From positions 1 through 44,426 of IMG/VR virus record IMGVR_UViG_3300022862_000008: DNA of 44,426 bases; one strand, given 5' to 3'. Position numbers and translations under genes: made by a program. Under the pieces are notes generated by a model. The model saw only the letters and a list, made by a program, of their open reading frames with translations. It made no database searches and had not been told where the DNA came from. Below are positions 1 through 7,264 of the stretch, one piece after another. Source of the DNA: a virus. Taxonomy: Duplodnaviria; Caudoviricetes. Numbering within the stretch: the stretch's first letter is position 1; the number at the start of each line of letters is the position of its first letter.

Positions 1-39
1 ACAAACGTCGACATCTTGTATACACTACGCGGCCAGCCA

Positions 40-126
40 GCCGAAGTGGCGGAATCGGTAGACGCAGCGGACTCAAAATCCGCCGCCCTTAAAAGCGTGT
101 GGGTTCGAGTCCCACCTTCGGCACCA
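40..126 (+). tRNA. tRNA-Leu(CAA), prophage integration site
   Basis: 87-nt cloverleaf GCCGAAG...CTTCGGC-ACCA; anticodon arm GCGGA-CTCAAAA-TCCGC with CAA at 74-76; long variable arm; GGTTCGAGTCC T-arm. Confidence 0.97.
69..126 (+). repeat. att core, left copy (58 bp, 3' part of tRNA-Leu)
   Basis: Identical to 43587-43644. Confidence 0.97.
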
Positions 127-157
127 ATGGTTTGCGGGGTATTCTAGCGGTGGTTTT

Positions 158-187
158 CGCTCCGCAATAAACGAACCGCTCCGCAAT
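158..187 (+). promoter_or_regulatory. Putative integrase arm-type sites (CGCTCCGCAAT x2)
   Basis: Copies at 158-168 and 177-187; same motif at 43473-43483 and inverted at 43536-43545, inside the other att end. Confidence 0.7.
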
Positions 188-193
188 TCGATC

Positions 194-223
194 AGGCCTC
201 GCTCACGCGGGGCCTTTTCGTTT
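194..223 (+). terminator. Rho-independent terminator downstream of the tRNA (phage-supplied)
   Basis: AGGCCTCGC-TCAC-GCGGGGCCT stem followed by TTTCGTTT. Confidence 0.75.
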
Positions 224-435
224 CACGCGGCCTCGTCGTCTGACATCGGATCGAAGCGCCGAGCAATCCCGTCGAATCGCGCGGCATCGGCGCGGAGCCG
301 GTCAGCGCTACGCCGGCGAGTCGCCCTCGCCCGCCAGTCGCCACTGCGATTTCTGTCCAGGTCGTCGGCCTGCTGCCATAGCGAAGCCGCCCTCGCGCGC
401 GCCCAGCGCGCCTTGCCGATGCTCTTTTGATCCAT
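223..435 (-). CDS. Small hypothetical phage protein (70 aa)
   Basis: ORF MDQKSIGKARWARARAASLWQQAD...; converges on the terminator. Confidence 0.6.
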   Translation of the reverse strand: MDQKSIGKARWARARAASLWQQADDLDRNRSGDWRARATRRRSADRLRADAARFDGIARRFDPMSDDEAA

Positions 436-496
436 GGAGCCACTGTCGCCGCCGGCGGTCACACGCGCCGATACGGAGGCAACGCCGGCTGACTGC

Positions 497-799
497 CTAC
501 CAGGTCCGGTTCTTCCTCGCGGCCGCGCGGGCCACTTCGCGCTGGTCGATCTCCAGGCGAAGCCGCTGCTGATGCCTGACCGCCCACAGTTCCGACCCGA
601 TCACGCCCTGCTCGTAACTGGTGCAGTCCCGGCGCCCCCGGTACTGGTCGTCAAGATGACGGTCCACCTCGACCCACCAGACGTGATTGTCCACGCGCTT
701 CTGCAGGCGCAGTACCTCCGTAGCGCCGCAGTAGAGCGCATCCGGAAGTTCATCAGGGCGGCTGGCGACCGAGCGCCAGCGGAAGTCAGGAGGAAGCAT
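497..799 (-). CDS. Hypothetical phage protein (100 aa)
   Basis: Protein-like ORF MLPPDFRWRS...; TATCCT -10-like box 6 nt before the ATG. Confidence 0.7.
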   Translation of the reverse strand: MLPPDFRWRSVASRPDELPDALYCGATEVLRLQKRVDNHVWWVEVDRHLDDQYRGRRDCTSYEQGVIGSELWAVRHQQRLRLEIDQREVARAAARKNRTW

Positions 800-840
800 G
801 CCCGCAGGATACGCCCGGGCGTCTCAGAGATTGCGACGTG

Positions 841-2067
841 TCACTTGCCCATCAGCACGAGCCGCTGGCCACCGATCTGAGCCACCACGCGCCGGACACT
901 GTATATACCGCCAGCCAATGAGACTTGGGCTGCGGGTAGCCCCAAATTACGTGGCGTACCCTCAGCGAAGCCGAATTGAGGGCCAACGGGGTCCGCCTGA
1001 ATGAGCCGGCGAGGGGCTGCTGGATCCATGATCAGGGCAAGGATCGGCGCCGCGACCTGATCCATGGAAACATAGAAGCCTTCATCGACATCCGAGCCCC
1101 AGTGGATGCTCACCCCCAGCAACTGCAGCTGGTCGATCTTCGTGGCGTCCCCGAAGCTGTACCCCAACCTTCCGGGGATCGTCTTGGCTTCGTATCCGTA
1201 CCAAGGTTCGTACCCTTCGTAGCCTTGGACCCGATAGTCCCCCTTTGCTCCCTGGCTGGCCGCCTCAGCTGCACTGTGGTTATCCACGATGTAGCGGAAC
1301 ATGCCATACATAGACCGGTAGTGCTGTTCGACCTTGATCAGATCCGTTTGCCCCTCAAGCGTCTCGACCAGAAGGAAGGTTGACCCGCGAAGTGTTGAAG
1401 AGCTCTGCAACGTCCCTTCATTGTCGGTCGTGTCATAAGGGCCGTAGGTGAAGTCAGGGAACAACGTCGTCATCTGCGTTGCTATCCCAGTGGCGAACGT
1501 CTTGATGAACGACGATGCCCCGGTGGCGTAGTAGCCTCCATTCACCTGGTAGGAGGCTACTGTCGCCTCATGGCCATCCAGCACAAATATCGGTGACTTT
1601 GACGACAGGATCGACGCAATTACCTTTGTCTCCGACTGGGTCAATGCGAGATGGTCACGGTTGAGATCTACCCCATTTCCGTTCTGCCGCGTCCCGGCCA
1701 CAAATCCGTCCGGGTTTGCCGTCGGGATAACGATCATTGGGAGGATGGCCAGTTTCGAAAGATCGCCTGGTGCCGCATTGAATGCCAAATCCCGCAAGAA
1801 CTGGAACGCCGCCTCGCGCGGCGTCTCCTCATTCCCGTGTTGACTCGCCACAACCAGAATGCAGCTATTGATGCTGCCAAGTGAGGGCGCCGCTGGCGAT
1901 CCGATCACTACCGCGGAAATGGGGCGGCCCTGCTGAGTCAACCCCAAGGTGTACTTCCTTGCCATAGCCGAGCCGGCGACCACGGCATCCAGAAACGCCT
2001 CGCCTTGCGCGTAAGTAGTGAAGGCTGTGCCGCCGTTCGTCTCAAATGGAGTGGATGGGCCTGCCAT
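841..2067 (-). CDS. M14 zinc carboxypeptidase-domain protein, possibly virion-associated
   Basis: HGNE, NPDG, RQNGNGVDLNRD and DGHE motifs typical of M14 peptidases; coupled to the preceding tail gene. Confidence 0.8.
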   Translation of the reverse strand: MAGPSTPFETNGGTAFTTYAQGEAFLDAVVAGSAMARKYTLGLTQQGRPISAVVIGSPAAPSLGSINSCILVVASQHGNEETPREAAFQFLRDLAFNAAPGDLSKLAILPMIVIPTANPDGFVAGTRQNGNGVDLNRDHLALTQSETKVIASILSSKSPIFVLDGHEATVASYQVNGGYYATGASSFIKTFATGIATQMTTLFPDFTYGPYDTTDNEGTLQSSSTLRGSTFLLVETLEGQTDLIKVEQHYRSMYGMFRYIVDNHSAAEAASQGAKGDYRVQGYEGYEPWYGYEAKTIPGRLGYSFGDATKIDQLQLLGVSIHWGSDVDEGFYVSMDQVAAPILALIMDPAAPRRLIQADPVGPQFGFAEGTPRNLGLPAAQVSLAGGIYSVRRVVAQIGGQRLVLMGK

Positions 2068-3191
2068 CAGGGCTGCACCTTGAGCAGAACCGCTACGGAC
2101 GACCAGTCATGCGTCGTCGATGAATGCGTGCAAGGCGGGAAGGTCGATGAATCATCTCCTTGACGCATCCTGCGAGAGATCACCCAGTGTCGGAGCAGGG
2201 TATACGTCGGCGTCCCCGGACTGGAGGTTGGGGTCACAGGAACCCATCCAGCCGGATAGCTCAGCGTATTGACCGCGCCAGGGTTCGCCAACGCGCACGA
2301 GAATGTGGCGAGTGCCATGCACCCCGGCGCGTCAGCAATGACACTGGGGAGAGGATGCGGGACGTCGGTTGCCGAAGCTCCGTTGCCTGTGGCGTTGGTG
2401 GACACTACAACGGCACCTGCCCCGGTGCTGGATCTTACGATTACCGCGACGCCCGCGAATCGACCAGACGTGGGCTGGGTGATGACCAGGCTCTTGCCTG
2501 CGTCTGTCGCGTCCGCCACCTTGCTGAAGACGCATGAGTAGCCCATGCCAGTAGCGGACTGCGTGCGCGGCGAATCGCGATTGGCCACACGCGTGTAACC
2601 ACTGGGTGTCGCCGGCGCATAGCTGGAACCTGTGAATACCAGGATCAGATCGCCAACCGCGATGCCGGCCGGCAACAGCACGGTGATACTGGTCACGCTG
2701 TCGGCGCCCCCATAGGTCTGAGCCGAGTACGCGGCATCGACCACCTTGGGCGTCGGCAGCACATAGAGAAGGTCGCCTGCCACCACGGCCGCATTCGGGT
2801 TGGTGGAAGTGATGATCCGCTGAATCGTCGGGGAGGTAACCCCTCCCGCACCTGCACCAGCTGCAAGCTCATCGATGGCGGCCTGAACGTCGGTCGCGGC
2901 CAGCCCTGAGGCGGCGGGGTCATATGTGACATCGGCAGCATCTCCACCGCCGCCTGCTGTCACCGCAGCCCATGCCCCGTCTTTGCGCCCGTAGGTGCTG
3001 CCGTCAGACGGAGCGTCGGGAATGCCGCCTCCCGACAGGTCATCCTGCCAGGCACTACCATCCCACGCGCTCAGGGTGTCCGTGTCGGTCGAGTACCAGA
3101 GGCCAACGGCCTCCGGATGGAGGTCCAACGTCGCGGGCCGGGCCGAGGCCAGCCCCTTTCCAAGGTAGTCGGCAAGGCGGCCGCTGGCCAT
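2067..3191 (-). CDS. Tail fibre/spike-like protein
   Basis: Foldon-like GIPDAPSDGSTYGRKDGAW motif, AADVTYD...ATDVQAAIDEL fibre motif, beta-rich Thr/Ser C-terminal domain. Confidence 0.7.
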   Translation of the reverse strand: MASGRLADYLGKGLASARPATLDLHPEAVGLWYSTDTDTLSAWDGSAWQDDLSGGGIPDAPSDGSTYGRKDGAWAAVTAGGGGDAADVTYDPAASGLAATDVQAAIDELAAGAGAGGVTSPTIQRIITSTNPNAAVVAGDLLYVLPTPKVVDAAYSAQTYGGADSVTSITVLLPAGIAVGDLILVFTGSSYAPATPSGYTRVANRDSPRTQSATGMGYSCVFSKVADATDAGKSLVITQPTSGRFAGVAVIVRSSTGAGAVVVSTNATGNGASATDVPHPLPSVIADAPGCMALATFSCALANPGAVNTLSYPAGWVPVTPTSSPGTPTYTLLRHWVISRRMRQGDDSSTFPPCTHSSTTHDWSSVAVLLKVQP

Positions 3192-3766
3192 CAGAGGTTC
3201 TCCGTGTAGATGAGGTTGCCGTCATCGGCAATGAGAAATACCGGCTGGCCGGAGACGATCTCGCCGGTGACCACAGGCAGGATTCCGCCGCCACCGCCGC
3301 CGGTTGCCGACACGATCGGCCGGCGCGGGTCGCTGTTGTCCACGGCGATGCCCGTTCCGGGACGAACCTCCTGCACGGCGCTGTCGGCCTTGGCCAGCGA
3401 TGCGATCGCCTCGGTGGTCAGCGCGATCGACGGATCGCCAGCAGCGCCGTCACCGTCGGTGATCTGGACGCCGGTGCCCTGCTGCAGCTCCCGTTGGAAC
3501 CAGGCGCCATCACCATTTCGGGTCGGAAACCCGACCCCGCCCATGCCGGCCAGCGCCTGGATGTTGGCCGGCACCTCGCGGATCAGCTTCCAGATCGTGG
3601 CCGCGCCGTTCTGCTTCGCCGGCGGCGGGTTGATGATCTGGTCGGCGGTCAGCAGCTTGCCGTCCGGGCCATACAGGTTCTTACCCAGCGTCGCGCCGGC
3701 GTTGCCATCGTCAAGCCTGACGACGCGTCCCAGCTGGTCCTTCAGTTTGACCTTGCGATCGGCCAT
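3191..3766 (-). CDS. Tail fibre-associated structural protein
   Basis: Gly-rich repeats QGTGVQIT / PGTGIAVDNSDP typical of fibre proteins; coupled to neighbours. Confidence 0.6.
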   Translation of the reverse strand: MADRKVKLKDQLGRVVRLDDGNAGATLGKNLYGPDGKLLTADQIINPPPAKQNGAATIWKLIREVPANIQALAGMGGVGFPTRNGDGAWFQRELQQGTGVQITDGDGAAGDPSIALTTEAIASLAKADSAVQEVRPGTGIAVDNSDPRRPIVSATGGGGGGILPVVTGEIVSGQPVFLIADDGNLIYTENL

Positions 3767-4239
3767 CAGGGCGTCTCGGCGCGGTCCGCAGCGATCACGG
3801 CTTGGCAGGCGCGAAGCTGGTCGTCGGCGTCGCGGCCGGCTCGAACAACAGCCCCCGCAAAGTCTGCTCGGCGCTCGGCGGCCGCATCACGTTCGCCGGC
3901 GGCGGCGGCAACGTCGGACAAACGCTGGGTTTCGCAGCCTGCCCACCCGTCGCGCAGCCGGAGGTCACCAGCACGCACGTCAGCCACAACAGCATCAGCG
4001 ACGGCCGGGGCCGCAGCGCGATCTTCTTCATGCTTCGCTCCAATGGCGGCCAGTTTGTCGGCCTGGGTGTGTTCGGTGGCCCGGGTCTGGTTGACCTGCT
4101 CCACCACGGCGGCGCTGGCGCTGGCCTGCTGCCGGGCTTCGGTGCCCTCAGCACGATCGCCGCGCCACGCCCAGCCAGCACCGAACATGGCAGCCGACCA
4201 GGCCACGAAGACCAGCACAGCGATCAGCGTCCGGCTCAT
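3766..4239 (-). CDS. Rz-like inner-membrane spanin
   Basis: N-terminal TM helix, coiled coil, GDLRLR and ADDQLRACQAVI motifs; lysis cassette position. Confidence 0.85.
   Translation of the reverse strand: MSRTLIAVLVFVAWSAAMFGAGWAWRGDRAEGTEARQQASASAAVVEQVNQTRATEHTQADKLAAIGAKHEEDRAAAPAVADAVVADVRAGDLRLRDGWAGCETQRLSDVAAAAGERDAAAERRADFAGAVVRAGRDADDQLRACQAVIAADRAETP
3795..4031 (-). CDS. Rz1-like outer-membrane lipoprotein spanin embedded in Rz
   Basis: MKKIAL...LVTSG-C lipobox, Pro-rich CPTLPPPP, GGAG upstream, alternative frame inside Rz. Confidence 0.8.
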   Translation of the reverse strand: MKKIALRPRPSLMLLWLTCVLVTSGCATGGQAAKPSVCPTLPPPPANVMRPPSAEQTLRGLLFEPAATPTTSFAPAKP

Positions 4240-4240
4240 T

Positions 4241-4456
4241 TCAGGCTCCAGTGTTCCGGCGCGCGCCGGTCAGGTAATAGGAGATGACGCCGCCCAGCGC
4301 CAGGTTCAGGCCGCCGACGAGGCCGGCGAAGATCTCCCGGTTCTCCGGCGGCACCGGCGTGTAGATCGAGACGAAGAGCGCGGATCCGTACAGCGCCAGG
4401 ATGATCATGGCGATGCCGAACCGGGCCGTTCCGATATTGCGTGTCGCGAAGGTCAT
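4241..4456 (-). CDS. Putative holin (2 TM helices)
   Basis: 71 aa, two hydrophobic segments, ISYYLTG motif near the C-terminus; lysis cassette position. Confidence 0.7.
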   Translation of the reverse strand: MTFATRNIGTARFGIAMIILALYGSALFVSIYTPVPPENREIFAGLVGGLNLALGGVISYYLTGARRNTGA

Positions 4457-4779
4457 GCGGCCATCCTCGCCAGCTCGTGCACCTGCTTCATGGCCCACTC
4501 GTACAGCGGCCGGTCAACGATCAGAATCCGCTCGTGGTCCTTGCCGCGCAGTGCAACCACATGGATTTTCGTGGACTCCTGCAGCGCCAGCACTATGAAA
4601 GAGACCCGCTTCTTCAATGGGTCCGTCTCTTGGATCAGGTCGATGGCCTCCTCGACCATGCCCTTGATGTGCCCGAGCACTGCCGGCGATACCGTCCCCG
4701 ACATGCCCTTCGGCTCCAGCAGCGTGAGCGTCGCCCGCAGCTTCGTGAGGGCCGCGTCCTTGGTGCGCTTACTCGGCAT
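4453..4779 (-). CDS. Hypothetical protein inside the lysis cassette
   Basis: 108-aa ORF overlapping the stop/start codons of both neighbours. Confidence 0.7.
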   Translation of the reverse strand: MPSKRTKDAALTKLRATLTLLEPKGMSGTVSPAVLGHIKGMVEEAIDLIQETDPLKKRVSFIVLALQESTKIHVVALRGKDHERILIVDRPLYEWAMKQVHELARMAA

Positions 4780-5300
4780 CAGGCGGGCAACCCGAAGAGG
4801 CGCTTGGCCACCGCCAGTCGCTCGCCGCGGTCGATCAGGCCGTTGCGCCCGCCGTTGATGGCCTTGGTCACGCCGACCAGGTCATCGGCACGAGCCATGG
4901 CCGGGATTTTCGGCCTGGCCACAGTCCAGTACCATCCGGCGGCGTCCACGGCGTCCGGCAGCTCGGCCAGCATCGCCGGGTTCAGCACCGCCCGCTCGTC
5001 GCCGTACTTCCACAGGCTGTAGGTCCGATAGTTGGCCCTGCCGGTGACCTGGATCAGGCCCCTGCCCTTGAACCGTTTGCCGTCGCCGGGTTGGGTGTTG
5101 CCGAGGTCCTTGCGGCCCTCATAGGCGGCGCCGCTGGCATACTCGGTCGCGGTGTTGAAGCCGTCCGACTCGTGCGCCACCTGGGCGAGGAAGTGAGCCT
5201 TCTCCAGCGGCGTGACGATGCCGAAGCGGATGCAGGCGTCCTCCAGCGGCTGGGCGTACTTCCCGGCCCCCATTTTGGCCGCTACGGTTTCAGTGGACAT
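4779..5300 (-). CDS. Endolysin, glycoside hydrolase family 19
   Basis: AHFLAQVAHES, DG.RFKGRGLIQVTGRANY and TKAINGG motifs. Confidence 0.93.
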   Translation of the reverse strand: MSTETVAAKMGAGKYAQPLEDACIRFGIVTPLEKAHFLAQVAHESDGFNTATEYASGAAYEGRKDLGNTQPGDGKRFKGRGLIQVTGRANYRTYSLWKYGDERAVLNPAMLAELPDAVDAAGWYWTVARPKIPAMARADDLVGVTKAINGGRNGLIDRGERLAVAKRLFGLPA

Positions 5301-5414
5301 CGGGGACCCCCTTGATTGATGGGGGCCATGCTGCCGGGGCTGAGGGGTGGTTCAACGGATCAGTTACGATGCGACCAGGCCCCGGATTGGCCGGGGCTAC
5401 CAAGGAGATGGACT

Positions 5415-5606
5415 ATTAACAGTACCGACGAGTCAGTTCGGCTTTTGGCCAAAGAAATCTTCATCCGCCTCGTGAGCCAAGCGCTCGCAACGCCGGGGCA
5501 TGTGCTTGATCCGGCGGCAGCCGGCAAGGCTGCGAACGATGCTGCAAGTGCTTACATTCGGGGCGGCGTCAGCAAAATCTCCGCGCCAGTGACCAATCCA
5601 AAGTAA
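5415..5606 (+). CDS. Small hypothetical protein with possible ATT start (63 aa)
   Basis: AAGGAG 7 nt upstream of an in-frame ATT; ends just before the hairpin at 5618-5639. Confidence 0.4.
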   Translation: MNSTDESVRLLAKEIFIRLVSQALATPGHVLDPAAAGKAANDAASAYIRGGVSKISAPVTNPK

Positions 5607-5611
5607 GGCGC

Positions 5612-5639
5612 AACAAAGAGGCCCGGTTGCCCGGGCCTC
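5612..5639 (-). terminator. Terminator closing the GGY-NN array transcript
   Basis: Minus strand GAGGCCCGG-GCAA-CCGGGCCTC-TTTGTT. Confidence 0.85.
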
Positions 5640-5645
5640 CCTACT

Positions 5646-5768
5646 GCTCCGTGTCGTGTCTCGCCAAATCAAGCCGCACCCAGCCATACCTTGCCAAGCC
5701 AAGCCTGCGGTGCCATTCCGCGCCGGTCCCCGCCCTACCCGGCCGAGCCGCGCCATGCCTTACCTGCG
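5646..5768 (-). repeat. Array of 23 GGY-NN pentamers in two CGCA-led blocks; candidate guide ncRNA
   Basis: Strict 5-nt periodicity: CGCA + 11 pentamers (5764-5710), then CGCA + 12 pentamers (5705-5646). Confidence 0.88.
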
Positions 5769-5771
5769 ATG

Positions 5772-6212
5772 TCAGGCTGCTGGCGTAACCGCGTCCTTGC
5801 TTTCTACCTTTTCCAGCGCGCTCCATACGCCGGACAACTCCTGCAGCTGTCGGTACTTCCTCTCCGACGACCGCAGGTCCTTGATGGCGTCGGCCAGAAG
5901 CTGAGCCCGCAATGCCTCATTGCTCAGCACGTCGGCGAGTGCGCGGTAGCCGCCCGCGCCGTGGCGATCACTGCCCAGCGACACGAATGCCCTCATCGGC
6001 GCCGAGTCCTTCGCCTCCACGGTGACGAACACCCGCAGCAGCTGCCGCGCCTGCCAGATGCGGTGCTGTTGCGCCGCCTCCGTGTCGTCCCATTCGAACC
6101 AGCTGTGCATCGCCGAATTGGGATTCGCCGCCTTCGCGACCACATCGGCCGGTCGGATGATGCCCTCGGCCTTCAGCCGTTCCAGTTCCTCTCGAATCGC
6201 GTCATTGTTCAT
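5772..6212 (-). CDS. Partner protein coupled to the RAMP-like gene (146 aa)
   Basis: ATGA overlap with the upstream gene; P.DVV..A.NP.S.MH..FEWDD..AA..HRI.QARQLLR segment. Confidence 0.8.
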   Translation of the reverse strand: MNNDAIREELERLKAEGIIRPADVVAKAANPNSAMHSWFEWDDTEAAQQHRIWQARQLLRVFVTVEAKDSAPMRAFVSLGSDRHGAGGYRALADVLSNEALRAQLLADAIKDLRSSERKYRQLQELSGVWSALEKVESKDAVTPAA

Positions 6213-6850
6213 GCCGCCATGTCCTGTTCGGTGGCGAGGCGGAAAGTGCCCCACCCCATGCCGGCACTCGCCTTGCTGTCCGGCCTACCCTCCCCAACCC
6301 CCACTTGCGCGCCCACGCGGGCAATCAAGTTGGACACATCGGTCAGGCTGAACTGATCGGCGTCGTAGCGGATGCGGACATCGGCCGCCCACTCGTGCCA
6401 CATCGGCCGCGTGCGCAGGTCCACCACCCCGGTGGCGTTCCGCACGTGCAGGTCCACCCGCTTGTACGGCCCGGCGATCAGCTTCACCAGCGGCGTACCG
6501 TCGTCAACGTCGTAGCCGTCGGCCTCCACGAACACGGAGAGCTTGCCGATCGTCATCTTGAAGCCGACCAACCTACAGGCCGAGATCATGCCAGCGCGGA
6601 AGGCGCCAGCCGGGATGCCCGGCCAGCCTTCCTGGCTGTAGTGCACCGCGGCGTCGCACAGCTCGTCAAAGTTCTTCGCCGTCCGCGTCTTTTTCGACTT
6701 CGCCTGCGATCCCGCCTCCTGCGTCTCGCGGATCTGCTGCTTGGCCTTGGCCGAGAACTTGGCCTGCACGAACGGAGCAGTACCGATAATGCGGAAGGTG
6801 GCCACCTGGATGTTCGGGGCCGGAATCTGGATGCTTTTCGTACTCATCAT
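6209..6850 (-). CDS. Stand-alone RAMP/Cas7-like protein (213 aa)
   Basis: GAGGAG RBS; N-terminal FRIIGTAPF strand, GIPAGAFRAGM (cf. RAMP IPGSSLKG), C-terminal glycine loop GVGEGRPDSKASAGMGWGTF. Confidence 0.7.
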   Translation of the reverse strand: MMSTKSIQIPAPNIQVATFRIIGTAPFVQAKFSAKAKQQIRETQEAGSQAKSKKTRTAKNFDELCDAAVHYSQEGWPGIPAGAFRAGMISACRLVGFKMTIGKLSVFVEADGYDVDDGTPLVKLIAGPYKRVDLHVRNATGVVDLRTRPMWHEWAADVRIRYDADQFSLTDVSNLIARVGAQVGVGEGRPDSKASAGMGWGTFRLATEQDMAA

Positions 6851-6863
6851 TGTCTCCTCAGGG

Positions 6864-7154
6864 TCAAGCCATTGCGGACAGGTACTGGCGCGTTGCGGCT
6901 TTCCGGCTGTCGTCCAACAGGCGGTACAGCTGCAGCAGTTCGCGCTCGCCGGGGTCGGCCGGCTCCGGGGGCGGCAGCGCGGCATTGAGTTCCACAGCCA
7001 GCGCCTGCAGCTGCTGATGGCTGAGCCCGCTCGTTCGTTCTTTCTGCTGTTTCAACTCAGACGTGCGTTCCGCGAGGCGTCGCGCCAGCGTTTCAAAGCG
7101 GGCTGCACTCGGGGAGAAGTTGACAGGCAGGGGCGTTACTGTAGGCTTTGCCAT
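6864..7154 (-). CDS. Hypothetical protein (96 aa)
   Basis: GAGG RBS; C-terminal ERELLQLYRLLDDSRK helix as seen at the end of phage regulators. Confidence 0.65.
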   Translation of the reverse strand: MAKPTVTPLPVNFSPSAARFETLARRLAERTSELKQQKERTSGLSHQQLQALAVELNAALPPPEPADPGERELLQLYRLLDDSRKAATRQYLSAMA

Positions 7155-7264
7155 GATTTCCTCGCTGGAAGTCGTTTTCTGAGACGCCTGGGCTGCCACC
7201 CGGGCGTTTCGCTTTTTACGGGGTCACCCGTATGTAAATCACTCCGATCAGAGGGATTTGCGCC

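Noticed and set aside
2040-2067. Self-target of array unit 1 at the start of the M14 gene (AT.GC.GG.CC)
   Set aside because: Only four dinucleotides match before failure, which is expected by chance; I found no convincing in-window target by eye
2972-4858. 628-aa plus-strand ORF
   Set aside because: Antisense shadow of the lysis and tail genes in GC-rich DNA
5646-5768. Canonical CRISPR array or simple microsatellite
   Set aside because: No 25-40 bp repeats with unique spacers, and the units are not identical copies; reported instead as a GGY-NN array
5433-5904. ORFs crossing the pentamer array (5433-5756 -, 5641-5826 -, 5656-5904 +)
   Set aside because: Low-complexity Gly/Arg/Ala/Pro products caused by the repeat; no RBS; they cross a terminator or real genes
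6851-6985. Extended N-termini given by the ORF track (RAMP-like gene, terL, terS, rusA, ninB, recT-like, MTase and others)
   Set aside because: They overlap upstream genes; downstream ATGs with RBS or stop/start coupling fit better
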